Below, piece by piece: positions 7,916-19,243 of a stretch of 64,000 nt of DNA (the stretch's first letter is position 1; every line of letters starts with the position of its first letter). Under the pieces are notes generated by a model that was given only the letters and a program-made list of their open reading frames with translations, made no database searches and had not been told where the DNA came from. The translations under genes were made by a program, and so were the position numbers. This DNA comes from an uncultured Gemmatimonadales bacterium. Its GTDB lineage: Bacteria; Gemmatimonadota; Gemmatimonadetes; Gemmatimonadales; GWC2-71-9. The DNA is taken from positions 704,001 through 768,000 of the forward strand of contig CAWHFW010000002.1 of NCBI GenBank assembly GCA_963828735.1, in the 5' to 3' direction.

Positions 7916-8497
7916 GGCGCCGTCGATAATCTTTAGTGCTTCTCGGTTCTCGAGCCTCAGCCAATAGATCGTTTGGGTGACTGCTCCAACGATATCGTAA
8001 AACTCTGACTGAAATGGGATAGCCATGTACTCGTGTTCCATCCAGCGCGAGTACTCTTCAGTCTTGTCGCGATGCGTATGAGCCAAGCCGCCATAGAGAA
8101 AGACGTCAAGAATTCGGCGGCGACTCACCGGTTGCTTCTGCCAGACAATCGGGCTTTCCCGGTCCAGGTAGGTGTTCATCTTGTTTCGAATCCCCGAGAC
8201 GCGGTCGGTTAACGAGGCTAGTTCGGGCGCATCGGCGTAGAGCGCCGCGAGGCGGCGAATCGAAATTGGCTCGTTGTCTTGGATGAAGAGTCGAAACGTC
8301 AGAACAAAGGCATCCACCTCATCCACGGTAGCAAGATCGCCAGTAACCTGCATGGGTTTGCCGACGCGGCCCTCGAACTTGTACGAACCCTTGCCGGCTC
8401 TCAGGGCAGCTAGGAACTGCAGCCCATTAAGTTTTTCGGCCTTCTCGTTGAAGAGCCGGAGGGTCCGGCGGACATCGCTTAGGTCGCTATCAGACAT
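7910..8497 (-). CDS. hypothetical protein, lower GC, possibly HEPN-like (gene cassette)
   Basis: Intact 195-aa ORF exactly between two attC sites; FRLFIQDNEPISIRRL...DVFLYGGLAH. Confidence 0.75.
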   Translation of the reverse strand: MSDSDLSDVRRTLRLFNEKAEKLNGLQFLAALRAGKGSYKFEGRVGKPMQVTGDLATVDEVDAFVLTFRLFIQDNEPISIRRLAALYADAPELASLTDRVSGIRNKMNTYLDRESPIVWQKQPVSRRRILDVFLYGGLAHTHRDKTEEYSRWMEHEYMAIPFQSEFYDIVGAVTQTIYWLRLENREALKIIDGAA

Positions 8498-8509
8498 GGT
8501 CGTGCGTCC

Positions 8510-8652
8510 GCCTAACGGATTGCAAATCAACTGCAGGCGATCACCTTCACGCCCACACTAATCAACGCTTCCACTGCTGGGCCTACCGGAGGGCCGCGCC
8601 CGCACAGAGCTCCGGCCCGCCCCGGCCTGTCGGCTGCATGCGCGGGTTAGGC
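8510..8652 (-). mobile_element. attC site (143 bp)
   Basis: GCCTAACGGATTGCAAATCAACTGCAGGCG...GTCGGCTGCATGCGCGGGTTAGGC. Confidence 0.9.
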
Positions 8653-8680
8653 AGCAGCCCGGGCGAGTCCACCCATCGCC

Positions 8681-9358
8681 TCACCAAAGGCCCGGCACGA
8701 GCCGGGAGCGAACGCGCCCCGCATACTCCGTATACGCCGGCAGCGCTTGGACCAGTACCCGCTCCTCCAACACGAGGCGCAGGGCGAGCAAGCCGATCGG
8801 AATGAGCGCTACCCCGAGACCGATCGGCGAGCGGAGCCAGATGGGAACCCCCAGCAGCGCCGCCACTAGGCCGGCATACATCGGGTGGCGCACCACACCG
8901 TAGACGCCCGCGTCCACCACGGTGTGTCTGCGCTCCGGTTGATGACGCACGACGGTCGTGGCATAGGCGTTCGTTTCGAGCGCGCGCATGACGAGCATCC
9001 ATCCCACAGCGAAGAAGGCGAGCCCGAACCAGGCGAGCATCGGTGATAGGGCCGTCGCCCAGCGCCAGCGTTGCCGGTCCAGTCCCGTCAGCACCAATTC
9101 ACCTGCGTAGGAAGCCATGAAGGCCAGGAGGAGGATCTTGTCCGACAGCGGCTGGCCGGGCTGCCACGGTCCCTTGGCCCGCTCGGGCAGCAGGCCTGGG
9201 TTGGCTCGAACAATCCGGACGGTGCCAATCATGTGGATCACGAGGTAAAGGCCAACGAGTACCCAGGCGCGCCCCCAACTCCAGGCGCCCGTAGGGCCGA
9301 GGAGGGCGGCACCGAAGAGAAGCGTGGCGAACAAGGTGTTCAAGAGCGCTCGGAACAT
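8681..9358 (-). CDS. isoprenylcysteine carboxyl methyltransferase (ICMT/PEMT) family membrane protein (gene cassette)
   Basis: Multiple TM helices; HTVVDAGVYGVVRHPMYAG, EERVL...YTEY...RLVPGLW. Confidence 0.88.
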   Translation of the reverse strand: MFRALLNTLFATLLFGAALLGPTGAWSWGRAWVLVGLYLVIHMIGTVRIVRANPGLLPERAKGPWQPGQPLSDKILLLAFMASYAGELVLTGLDRQRWRWATALSPMLAWFGLAFFAVGWMLVMRALETNAYATTVVRHQPERRHTVVDAGVYGVVRHPMYAGLVAALLGVPIWLRSPIGLGVALIPIGLLALRLVLEERVLVQALPAYTEYAGRVRSRLVPGLW

Positions 9359-9405
9359 GGTGTTCAGCGGCTTTCCGTGTGCAAGTCGGGGTGCTGGTTG
9401 CTGCT

Positions 9406-9534
9406 GCCTAACGACATGCTAATCAGCTGCAAACGACCTTAGATAACCTACGGTCCGTTGTTGTCGCTGGGAGGGGCGGATGCGGGCGGAGTGCGGCTCC
9501 GCCCGCGTTTGTCGGCTGCATTAGCGGGTTAGGC
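9406..9534 (-). mobile_element. attC site, divergent subtype (129 bp)
   Basis: GCCTAACGACATGCTAATCAGCTGCAAACG...CGTTTGTCGGCTGCATTAGCGGGTTAGGC with compensatory stem changes. Confidence 0.88.
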
Positions 9535-9963
9535 CGCGCGGCGCTCCCAGGCACGCACGCGACCGCGCACCATGCGGAATAGTGGGTGAGCGGCCGGATG
9601 GCGAGTCGTCACCAGCTGTTGGTAACGCTCCGGGGCCCGTTGCCGGAGTTTACTCAACAAGTGCACCCATTCGGCGGCCAATTGTCCTGTAGTTTCCGTA
9701 ATCCGCAGGCCCGAGCGGGCACGCCCGAGCTTTTTCGGGTCGAAAGCGTACCCGCGACGGCAAGCCTCCACGTACACGGCCGCCAGGTACTGGTTCAGAG
9801 ACTCCACCGGACGGGCCTGCTCCCGGAATCGCGTCAGTTGGGGGTGGTGCCGGTAACCCCGGGTGCCGCCGCGGAGCACGGCCCGGGCGAGCAGCGCCTC
9901 GCGCCAGAGAGCCACCAACCCGCGGGCGTCCAGGTATTTTGGGTGCACGGTCCAGAGCCGCAT
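9529..9963 (-). CDS. pyrimidine dimer DNA glycosylase / endonuclease V-like protein (gene cassette)
   Basis: MRLWTVHPKYLDARGLVALWREALLARAVL.G.TRGYRHHPQL. Confidence 0.88.
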   Translation of the reverse strand: MRLWTVHPKYLDARGLVALWREALLARAVLRGGTRGYRHHPQLTRFREQARPVESLNQYLAAVYVEACRRGYAFDPKKLGRARSGLRITETTGQLAAEWVHLLSKLRQRAPERYQQLVTTRHPAAHPLFRMVRGRVRAWERRAA

Positions 9964-9982
9964 TCCTAGATCTCCGGCGTCG

Positions 9983-10125
9983 GCCTAACAGATTGCAAAT
10001 CAGCTGCAGGCGAGCATCTTCACGCCCGCACTATTCGACGCTTCCACTGTTTGGCTACGAGGAGCGTCGGGCCCGCACGGAACGCCGGCCCACCCCGGCC
10101 TGTCGGCTGCATTTGCGGGTTAGGC
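9983..10125 (-). mobile_element. attC site (143 bp), first of the array
   Basis: GCCTAACAGATTGCAAATCAGCTGCAGGCG...GTCGGCTGCATTTGCGGGTTAGGC. Confidence 0.9.
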
Positions 10126-10266
10126 CGCTTCCCCGCGCGGATGGCGGCTTGCGTCGGCAGTCGATCATACGAGCTGTCCTATCCGACTGCCTGGTCGCGG
10201 GTGACCCCAGCACCCGATGCGTACCGGAAGCCCGCCGCGTCACGTCGCCTCGGACACCTCCCCGAT

Positions 10267-10524
10267 CTACAGCCGCACCGGCGGCCGCGGCCTGGCCACG
10301 CCTGGTCCCCAATCGTCGCCCTCGAATCCGTCCTCCGGCGCCCGTCCGCTCTCGAGCTCCCGCACCTCCTCCTCCGCCGCCTCGAGCTCCTCCCGGTCGA
10401 TACCGTCGTCGCCGACGAGCCGTGGACCCGGGTGGCGCGGACGCCGCACCAGCCACACCGCCAGCGACGTGATCGCCGCGGCCGCCACCAGCAACGTTCC
10501 CACCGGCCCGGTCACGAACGGCAC
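10267..10524 (-). CDS. small single-TM hypothetical protein
   Basis: Hydrophobic N-terminus and acidic tail; starts 1 bp after the phosphorylase stop. Confidence 0.65.
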   Translation of the reverse strand: MPFVTGPVGTLLVAAAAITSLAVWLVRRPRHPGPRLVGDDGIDREELEAAEEEVRELESGRAPEDGFEGDDWGPGVARPRPPVRL

Positions 10525-10525
10525 G

Positions 10526-11860
10526 TCAGTCCACCGCCGCCAGGACCTCGACGCCGCGCGCCGTGATCCGGTGCGAGATCAGCGGCGTGAGGCGGCCGGC
10601 GTCGCCGATGGACACGGCCTCGCCCAGCGCGGTAGTACCCAGCGCGATCCCGGCATCGTCCCGCGCGAAGATAGAGGCGATGGGCTCCCCCGCGCGCACG
10701 GGATCCCCCGGCTTCACCGTGATGACGAAGCCCACCGTCGGGTCCACCGCATCCTCGACCGCCATGCGCCCGCCACCCAGCTCGACGATGGCGCGGCCGA
10801 TCCGTCGCGGCTCCACCGCGACAACCACTCCGGTCCGCGCCGCGCGATAGACCTCCACCGCCTGCGCCTGGGGCAGCACGCCCGGGTCCTCGATCACGCC
10901 CGGGTTGCCGCCCTGGGCCTCGACCACCCGCGCGAAGGTCTCGAGCGCACGGCCCGACGTGACCGCCTTCTCGAGCCGGGTCCGCGCCTCCTCCAGGCTC
11001 GCCGCCGCGCCCACCAGCACCAGCATCTCGGCGCCGAGGGCGTAGGTGACCTCCAGCAGGTCGGCCGGCCCGCTGCCGCGGAGCCCTTCGATCGCCTCTT
11101 CCATCTCGAGGGCGTTGCCGCAGGCGCGCCCCAGCGGACGATCCATCGCCGTGAGCAGCGCGACCGTGGGACAGCCGCGCGCCTCACCCAGCCCGATCAT
11201 TGTACGGGCCAGCTCGATGGACTTGGAGAGGTCGGTCAGGAACGCGCCGCTCCCCGTCTTCACGTCGAGCACCAGCCCGTTGAGCCCTTCGGCCAGCTTC
11301 TTCGACATGATGCTCGCGGAGATGAGCGGGATGGATTCCACGGTCGCGGTCACGTCGCGCAAGGCGTAGAGCCGCTTGTCGGCCGGCGCGATCTCCGGCG
11401 TCTGGCCCAGCATGGCGCAACCCAGCCGGTCGATCTGGGCGCGCGCCTCCCGCAGGGAGAGGTTGGTGCGGAACCCGGGAATGGACTCGAGCTTGTCGAG
11501 CGTGCCGCCGGTGTGGCCCAGGCCGCGCCCCGACATCATCGGGACCGCCACGCCGCAACTCGCGACCATCGGGGCGAGCAGGAGGGAGACCTTGTCACCC
11601 ACGCCGCCGGTGGAATGCTTGTCGACCACCGGACGCGCATAGCCGTCGAACCGCAGCCGGTCGCCCGAGTCGATCATCGCGTCGGTGAGCGCCGCCAGTT
11701 CCGCCGGCTCGAGGCCGCGGAAATAGATGGCCATGAGCAGCGCGGACAACTGGTAGTCCGGTACCTGCCCCGCGACATAGGCGCGGATCAGCTCGGACCA
11801 TTGAGCGGGTGTGAGCGCGCCGCCGTCCCGCTTGTGCTCGATGAGCGCCGGAATCACCAT
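10526..11860 (-). CDS. pdp: thymidine / pyrimidine-nucleoside phosphorylase
   Basis: VDKHSTGGVGDK, MMSGRGLGHTGGTLDKLESIPG, SIMSKKLAEG, LDVKTGSGAF. Confidence 0.95.
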   Translation of the reverse strand: MVIPALIEHKRDGGALTPAQWSELIRAYVAGQVPDYQLSALLMAIYFRGLEPAELAALTDAMIDSGDRLRFDGYARPVVDKHSTGGVGDKVSLLLAPMVASCGVAVPMMSGRGLGHTGGTLDKLESIPGFRTNLSLREARAQIDRLGCAMLGQTPEIAPADKRLYALRDVTATVESIPLISASIMSKKLAEGLNGLVLDVKTGSGAFLTDLSKSIELARTMIGLGEARGCPTVALLTAMDRPLGRACGNALEMEEAIEGLRGSGPADLLEVTYALGAEMLVLVGAAASLEEARTRLEKAVTSGRALETFARVVEAQGGNPGVIEDPGVLPQAQAVEVYRAARTGVVVAVEPRRIGRAIVELGGGRMAVEDAVDPTVGFVITVKPGDPVRAGEPIASIFARDDAGIALGTTALGEAVSIGDAGRLTPLISHRITARGVEVLAAVD

Positions 11861-11886
11861 TCGGAATCATCCTCGACCAGGACCCA

Positions 11887-12684
11887 TTGCCTCGTCACGC
11901 GTCGATCCGACTCGCCGCCCTGCTCTCGATCGCTGCCGCGGCCGCCGCCGCGCCGGTTTCTGCGCAGGGCGTGCGCGACCACGTCTCCCTGGGCACCTCG
12001 GCCCTGCAGGTGCACGACCTGCCCACCGCCCTCGCGCACTACGAGGCGGCGCTCGCGCTCGACTCCACCGACTACGAGGCGAACTGGCGCGCCTCGATCG
12101 TCCTGCTCGACCAGGGCGAGCAGATCCCCGACAGCATCCGGAGCCCCGAGCGCGACTCGCTCTACGCCCGCGCTGAGCGCCTCGCCCGGCGGGCCGTGGC
12201 CGCCGACTCGCTCGGCGCCGACGGGCATTTCGCGCTCGCGGCGTCCGTGGGGCGCGCGTCGCTCAGCATGGGGAAGAAGGAGCGGATCCGCCGGGCCAAG
12301 GTCATCCGCGAGGAGGCCCTCCGCACCATCGCCCTCGACCCGCGCCACGACGGGGCCTACCACATCCTCGGACGGTGGAACGCGGAGATCATGCGGCTCT
12401 CGGGGCTCAGCCGCTTCTTCGCGAAGTCGCTCCTCGGCGCCGGGATCTTCGGCGAGGCGTCCTGGGACGGCGCCGTCTCGAACATGGAAAAGGCGGTCGC
12501 GCTGGACCCGGGGCGCCTCTACCACCGGCTCGAGCTGGCCGAGATCTACGTGGACCGGAAGCGCTACGACGACGCGCGGGCGCAGCTGAAGGAGCTCGAG
12601 GCCCTGCCGGATCGGGAGATCATGGACAGCGTGTACCGTCGCGAAGCGGAGGCGCTGGGCCGCCAGATCGCCGACAAGAAGTGA
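11887..12684 (+). CDS. secreted tetratricopeptide repeat protein
   Basis: Signal peptide (AAAPVSAQ); repeated helical ALALD/AVALDP units. Confidence 0.8.
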   Translation: MPRHASIRLAALLSIAAAAAAAPVSAQGVRDHVSLGTSALQVHDLPTALAHYEAALALDSTDYEANWRASIVLLDQGEQIPDSIRSPERDSLYARAERLARRAVAADSLGADGHFALAASVGRASLSMGKKERIRRAKVIREEALRTIALDPRHDGAYHILGRWNAEIMRLSGLSRFFAKSLLGAGIFGEASWDGAVSNMEKAVALDPGRLYHRLELAEIYVDRKRYDDARAQLKELEALPDREIMDSVYRREAEALGRQIADKK

Positions 12685-12883
12685 TGCTCGACGCGCCCCG
12701 GCGCGCGGGCTCCCTGCAACCTACCCCCGTCCGGTGAAGCGTCAACCATCATGACACCATAGACTTTTGACAGATAGGCTGCACATTCCTTCATGAGTTT
12801 TCGGGTAGGGGCCGCCGTCGTATACTGGTGCAGGCGGCGCCCCTCCGGGGGCCCGTGTCGGCCCCTTAAATCCAGGACGCCCA

Positions 12884-15675
<2,792 letters not shown>

Positions 15676-15713
15676 CTTCGAGCGCCTCCACTCACCCCGA
15701 CACCGGTATCGCG

Positions 15714-16289
15714 ATGACCGCACAGCCGTCTCACCCGCACCGTCCCGGGGTTCGCCTGGGCCGCAAGGTCCTCCATCAGCTTCGCGCCGCGCTCGAGCGC
15801 GACACGGGGCTCCAGGCCGCCAGCTACCTGCAGGAGGCGGGCTTCGCCGGCGGGGAGGAGCTGTACGGGGAGTTCGCGGAGTGGCTGCTGGCGACGCGCG
15901 GTGTGGAGCGGCCGACGGACCTCGACGCCCAGTATCTGAACGAGATCCTGTCGCAGTTCTTCACCGAGCTGGGCTGGGGCTCCCTCTCGGCGACGGCGCT
16001 CGGCTCGGCCGTGCTGGCGCTGGATTCCACTGAGTGGGCGGAGGCGTCGGACGAGGCCCGCGGCGAGTTCCCGTCGTGCCATCTGACCTGCGGCTTGCTG
16101 GCGGACTTCTTCGGGCGCCTCTCCGACGGGCTCGTCGCCGTGATGGAGGTGGAGTGCCGGTCCCGGGGCGACGCCCGCTGCCGATTCCTCGCAGGCGCCC
16201 CCGAGACCCTCAGCTCGCTGTACGAGCGCATGGCGCAGGGCACCAGCTACGCCGACGCCCTGGGGGTCAATTCGCCTTCAGCAGCTTGA
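15714..16289 (+). CDS. V4R domain protein
   Basis: LGWG...PSCHLTCGLLADFF...EVECRSRGDARCRF. Confidence 0.85.
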   Translation: MTAQPSHPHRPGVRLGRKVLHQLRAALERDTGLQAASYLQEAGFAGGEELYGEFAEWLLATRGVERPTDLDAQYLNEILSQFFTELGWGSLSATALGSAVLALDSTEWAEASDEARGEFPSCHLTCGLLADFFGRLSDGLVAVMEVECRSRGDARCRFLAGAPETLSSLYERMAQGTSYADALGVNSPSAA

Positions 16290-17343
16290 TGCCGCCGGAC
16301 CCGGTCTCGATCGCGATCGATCCCTCCCCGTCCCCGATCGTCCCCACCATGTGATCCCGGCTCTGCCGGGTGACCTGCAGCGGAAAATCGGTCTCGATGT
16401 CGCCGCTGGAGGTCTCGATCTCCACCGCCGCGCCGAGCGTGGCCGGGGCGCGGATCGCGATGTCGCCCGAACCGGTCTCCACCGCGAGCGAGGACACGTC
16501 CCGGCGGAGGTCCGCCGTGATGTGGCCGCTCCCCGTCTCGAGCGAGAGGCGCGGCGATGTCACGTTCGTGAGCTTGACCTCGCCGGACCCGGTGTCCACC
16601 GACAGCTCGTCGCTCACGAGATCGCTGCCGGTCACCTCGCCGGAGCCCGTGTCGATCGAGAGCACCGTACCCTGGAAGCCGGTCACCTCCACGGCGCCCG
16701 AACCGGTATCCACGTCCACGTCGCCCCGCGCCTGCGTGATTCGCACGTCGCCCGCGCCCACGTCTACACTGAGCGTGCCCCGGGTCCCGGAGGCGGTGAC
16801 CGGCGCGCTGTGCGTGTCGAGCGTGAGCTCGCCGTCCACGTTCGTGACGGTGACCGAGCCGATCGCGAGGTACACGGCCAGCTGGGCGCCCTTGGGCATC
16901 CGGACGAGCAGGTCGGCGCGGGCGTCGAGGCCCTCCGTGCCGTCGGAGATGGTCACCCGGCGCCCTTCCTCCCAGCGATGGTGGTCCGTGTGGCCATGCT
17001 GGTACTGGTCGTGGTCGCCGAAGGTCCCGTCGTCGCGCACGCGAAGCTGGGTGGACCCGTTGCTCCGGATGCTGCCCGATCGGACCCGGTCGCTCGGATA
17101 GACGACGCGCAGCGTCGAGCGGCCGTCGATGTCTCCCTGACCAATCTTGAGCTGGGCGGCATCGGCGCCGGCGCGGGTCACCTGCACGACGACCGCGCCT
17201 TCGCCGGGCTCGATGCGGAGCGCTCCGACCAGGTTGTACACGGCGGCGGGACCCTCGTCGAGGGTATAGCGCTCGGATTGCTGCGCGCACAGCGCGGCCG
17301 GCAGGCCGAGCACCAGGCAGGATACTATCGGAAACCGCATCAT
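16267..17343 (-). CDS. DUF4097-like beta-strand repeat (adhesin-like) protein
   Basis: Repeated VDTGSGxV motifs; signal peptide. Confidence 0.85.
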   Translation of the reverse strand: MMRFPIVSCLVLGLPAALCAQQSERYTLDEGPAAVYNLVGALRIEPGEGAVVVQVTRAGADAAQLKIGQGDIDGRSTLRVVYPSDRVRSGSIRSNGSTQLRVRDDGTFGDHDQYQHGHTDHHRWEEGRRVTISDGTEGLDARADLLVRMPKGAQLAVYLAIGSVTVTNVDGELTLDTHSAPVTASGTRGTLSVDVGAGDVRITQARGDVDVDTGSGAVEVTGFQGTVLSIDTGSGEVTGSDLVSDELSVDTGSGEVKLTNVTSPRLSLETGSGHITADLRRDVSSLAVETGSGDIAIRAPATLGAAVEIETSSGDIETDFPLQVTRQSRDHMVGTIGDGEGSIAIETGSGGIKLLKAN

Positions 17344-17434
17344 CAGGGGCGCTCCAAAGGAGGGGACCCCGCTTGGATGGGCCGGACGCCTGCAGGGTTG
17401 CAGGGTGCCTGGGCGCGCCGGTGGAGCGGCCGGT

Positions 17435-17941
17435 TCAGGAGAGGCGGGCGGCGTAGTCCGGGCGGACGACCAGCTCGCCGCCCTGGATGATTTCGCGGTC
17501 CCAGGGGAGGATGATGAAGCTTTCGGTCTCGAAGGCGTGATAGTCGGGCGCGTACTCGCCCGTCTTGAACGACACCGCGGAGCGGACCTCGGCGGGCTTG
17601 AGGGCCCGCACTTCGCTGAGGGCGAGCCGCATCGTGCTGCCCGATTCGCAGGTCTCGTCCACCACGAGGATGCGGCGGCCGCGGATGCTGGCCGGCGGAC
17701 CGGACACCAGCACCGGGGCGGCGTCCTCCTCCCGGCGCGTCAGCGTCATCGAGGTGAACTCGCATTGCAGGATGGAGGCGACCACGACGCCGGGAATGAC
17801 CCCGGCGCGGGCCACGCCGAGCACGATCTCGGGCTGGTAGTCGCGGGCGACGCGCAGGGCCAGCGCGCGGCAGATCTCGCCGAAGAACGGCCAGTCCACC
17901 TCGAGCACTCCCCGCGGCCCGCTGGGTACGGAACGGCGCAC
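17435..17941 (-). CDS. phosphoribosyltransferase family protein (start approximate)
   Basis: VLGVARAG, RILVVDETCESGSTM PRPP loop, FIILPWD. Confidence 0.85.
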   Translation of the reverse strand: MRRSVPSGPRGVLEVDWPFFGEICRALALRVARDYQPEIVLGVARAGVIPGVVVASILQCEFTSMTLTRREEDAAPVLVSGPPASIRGRRILVVDETCESGSTMRLALSEVRALKPAEVRSAVSFKTGEYAPDYHAFETESFIILPWDREIIQGGELVVRPDYAARLS

Positions 17942-18099
17942 GTCGTCATCCTCCCGTCGAGTTGTCCCCAACCTACGCCCGTCGGGCCGGGTCAGCAACC
18001 GCGTACCGTCGCGTTGCGGCACCTCCTCACGCGGGATATCTTTGCCGAAGGCCAACACATTGTGCCCGTTCGACTTTGCTCGGAGAATCGCCCTCGCCC

Positions 18100-18543
18100 A
18101 TGAGCTTCTGGAACCGCCTGTTCGGCAAGGAGAGTCGGGAGGCGCTGCAGCCGCAGCGCCTCGACTATCTCAACGAGGGATTGGCGCTGGAGCGCCAGGG
18201 GGACTTCGAGGCCGCGCTCACGTCCTACCGGCTCGCCTTCCGGGACAATCCCACGGATTCGCGCATCCTGCTCAACATGGCCATCGCGTTCACTAAGACC
18301 GGCCAGCCGGAAGAGGCCATCCGCCACTACAAGCGCGCGCTCGAGCTGGACGACAGCCTCGTCGGCGCGCACTACGGCGTCGCGTTTCTGCTCCTCAAGC
18401 GCGGCGACTCGCAGCAAGCGGCCGAGCACCTGCGGGCCTTCCTGGCGCGGCCGCCGCGAGGGCCCGATGCCGAGCGATGGGTTCGCCACGCGGAGACCGC
18501 GCTGCGCGAGATCGCGGGCAGCCCGGCCCCGGAGACGCTGTGA
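18100..18543 (+). CDS. tetratricopeptide repeat protein
   Basis: Three TPR-like units (EEAIRHYKRALELD). Confidence 0.85.
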   Translation: MSFWNRLFGKESREALQPQRLDYLNEGLALERQGDFEAALTSYRLAFRDNPTDSRILLNMAIAFTKTGQPEEAIRHYKRALELDDSLVGAHYGVAFLLLKRGDSQQAAEHLRAFLARPPRGPDAERWVRHAETALREIAGSPAPETL

Positions 18544-19235
18544 GGCGTGCGCTCGGGTACTTGCTCGCGGCCATGACGGCAGGATGCAGCGGATTGACGG
18601 AAGACGAAGGCGGGGTCGTGGGAATCGAGGTGCAGGTGCCGGGCCCCGACAGCCTCGAGGTGGGGGAATCGATCCAGCTCGCCGCCCGGCCGCTCGACAA
18701 GAATGGCGACAGCGTCGCCGCCACGGTCGTCTGGGTTTCCGTTGACCCTACTGCCGTGATCGATGCCTCGACGGGCGTGCTCACCGGCGTGAGCGTGGGC
18801 TCCGCGCGCGTGCAGGCGACCGTCGGGAGCCTCGGCTCGAATCTCATCACGTTCAGCGTCGTCCCTCCGGCCGACACGCTGACCATCTCGGGTGACTCGG
18901 TCTTCGTTTCCCCCGTCGATGCCGCGACCCTGCCGGACTTCGTCACCCTGGTCAGCAGCTTCAACCCGCCCGGGCCGGTGCCCAATCTGGGCGTGATCTA
19001 CGCCATCACCGATCCCGACCCGCTCACCACGACACCGGCGGTGGTGCTCAACACCAACGGACAGTCCACCGACACCGTTCCGACCGGATCGGACGGCACG
19101 GCGCGCTCCGCGCTCCGCCTCCTCCCGGGCGTGACACCTCCCGAGAGCGTCATCGTCGCCGTTGGAGCCACGCGCATCCACGGCGTACACGTCCCCGGCT
19201 CTGGCGCGCGGTTCATCCTCCGGTTCCAGCAGTAG
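18540..19235 (+). CDS. Ig-like domain lipoprotein
   Basis: Lipobox-like TAGC; VVWVSVDPTAVIDASTGVLTG...GSARVQAT Big_2-like segment. Confidence 0.7.
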   Translation: MRRALGYLLAAMTAGCSGLTEDEGGVVGIEVQVPGPDSLEVGESIQLAARPLDKNGDSVAATVVWVSVDPTAVIDASTGVLTGVSVGSARVQATVGSLGSNLITFSVVPPADTLTISGDSVFVSPVDAATLPDFVTLVSSFNPPGPVPNLGVIYAITDPDPLTTTPAVVLNTNGQSTDTVPTGSDGTARSALRLLPGVTPPESVIVAVGATRIHGVHVPGSGARFILRFQQ

Positions 19236-19243
19236 GAGGCGTC

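Noticed and set aside
3581..10125. Repeats as a CRISPR array, or REP/MITE elements
   Set aside because: Units are 78-144 bp, separated by whole genes, with attC cores and extrahelical bases; no cas genes or target-site duplications seen
5063..10566. Recurrent peptides such as DCKSAAGD, PNPQMQPTGR and PVGCICGLG in many short ORFs
   Set aside because: These are translations of the attC repeats, not a protein family
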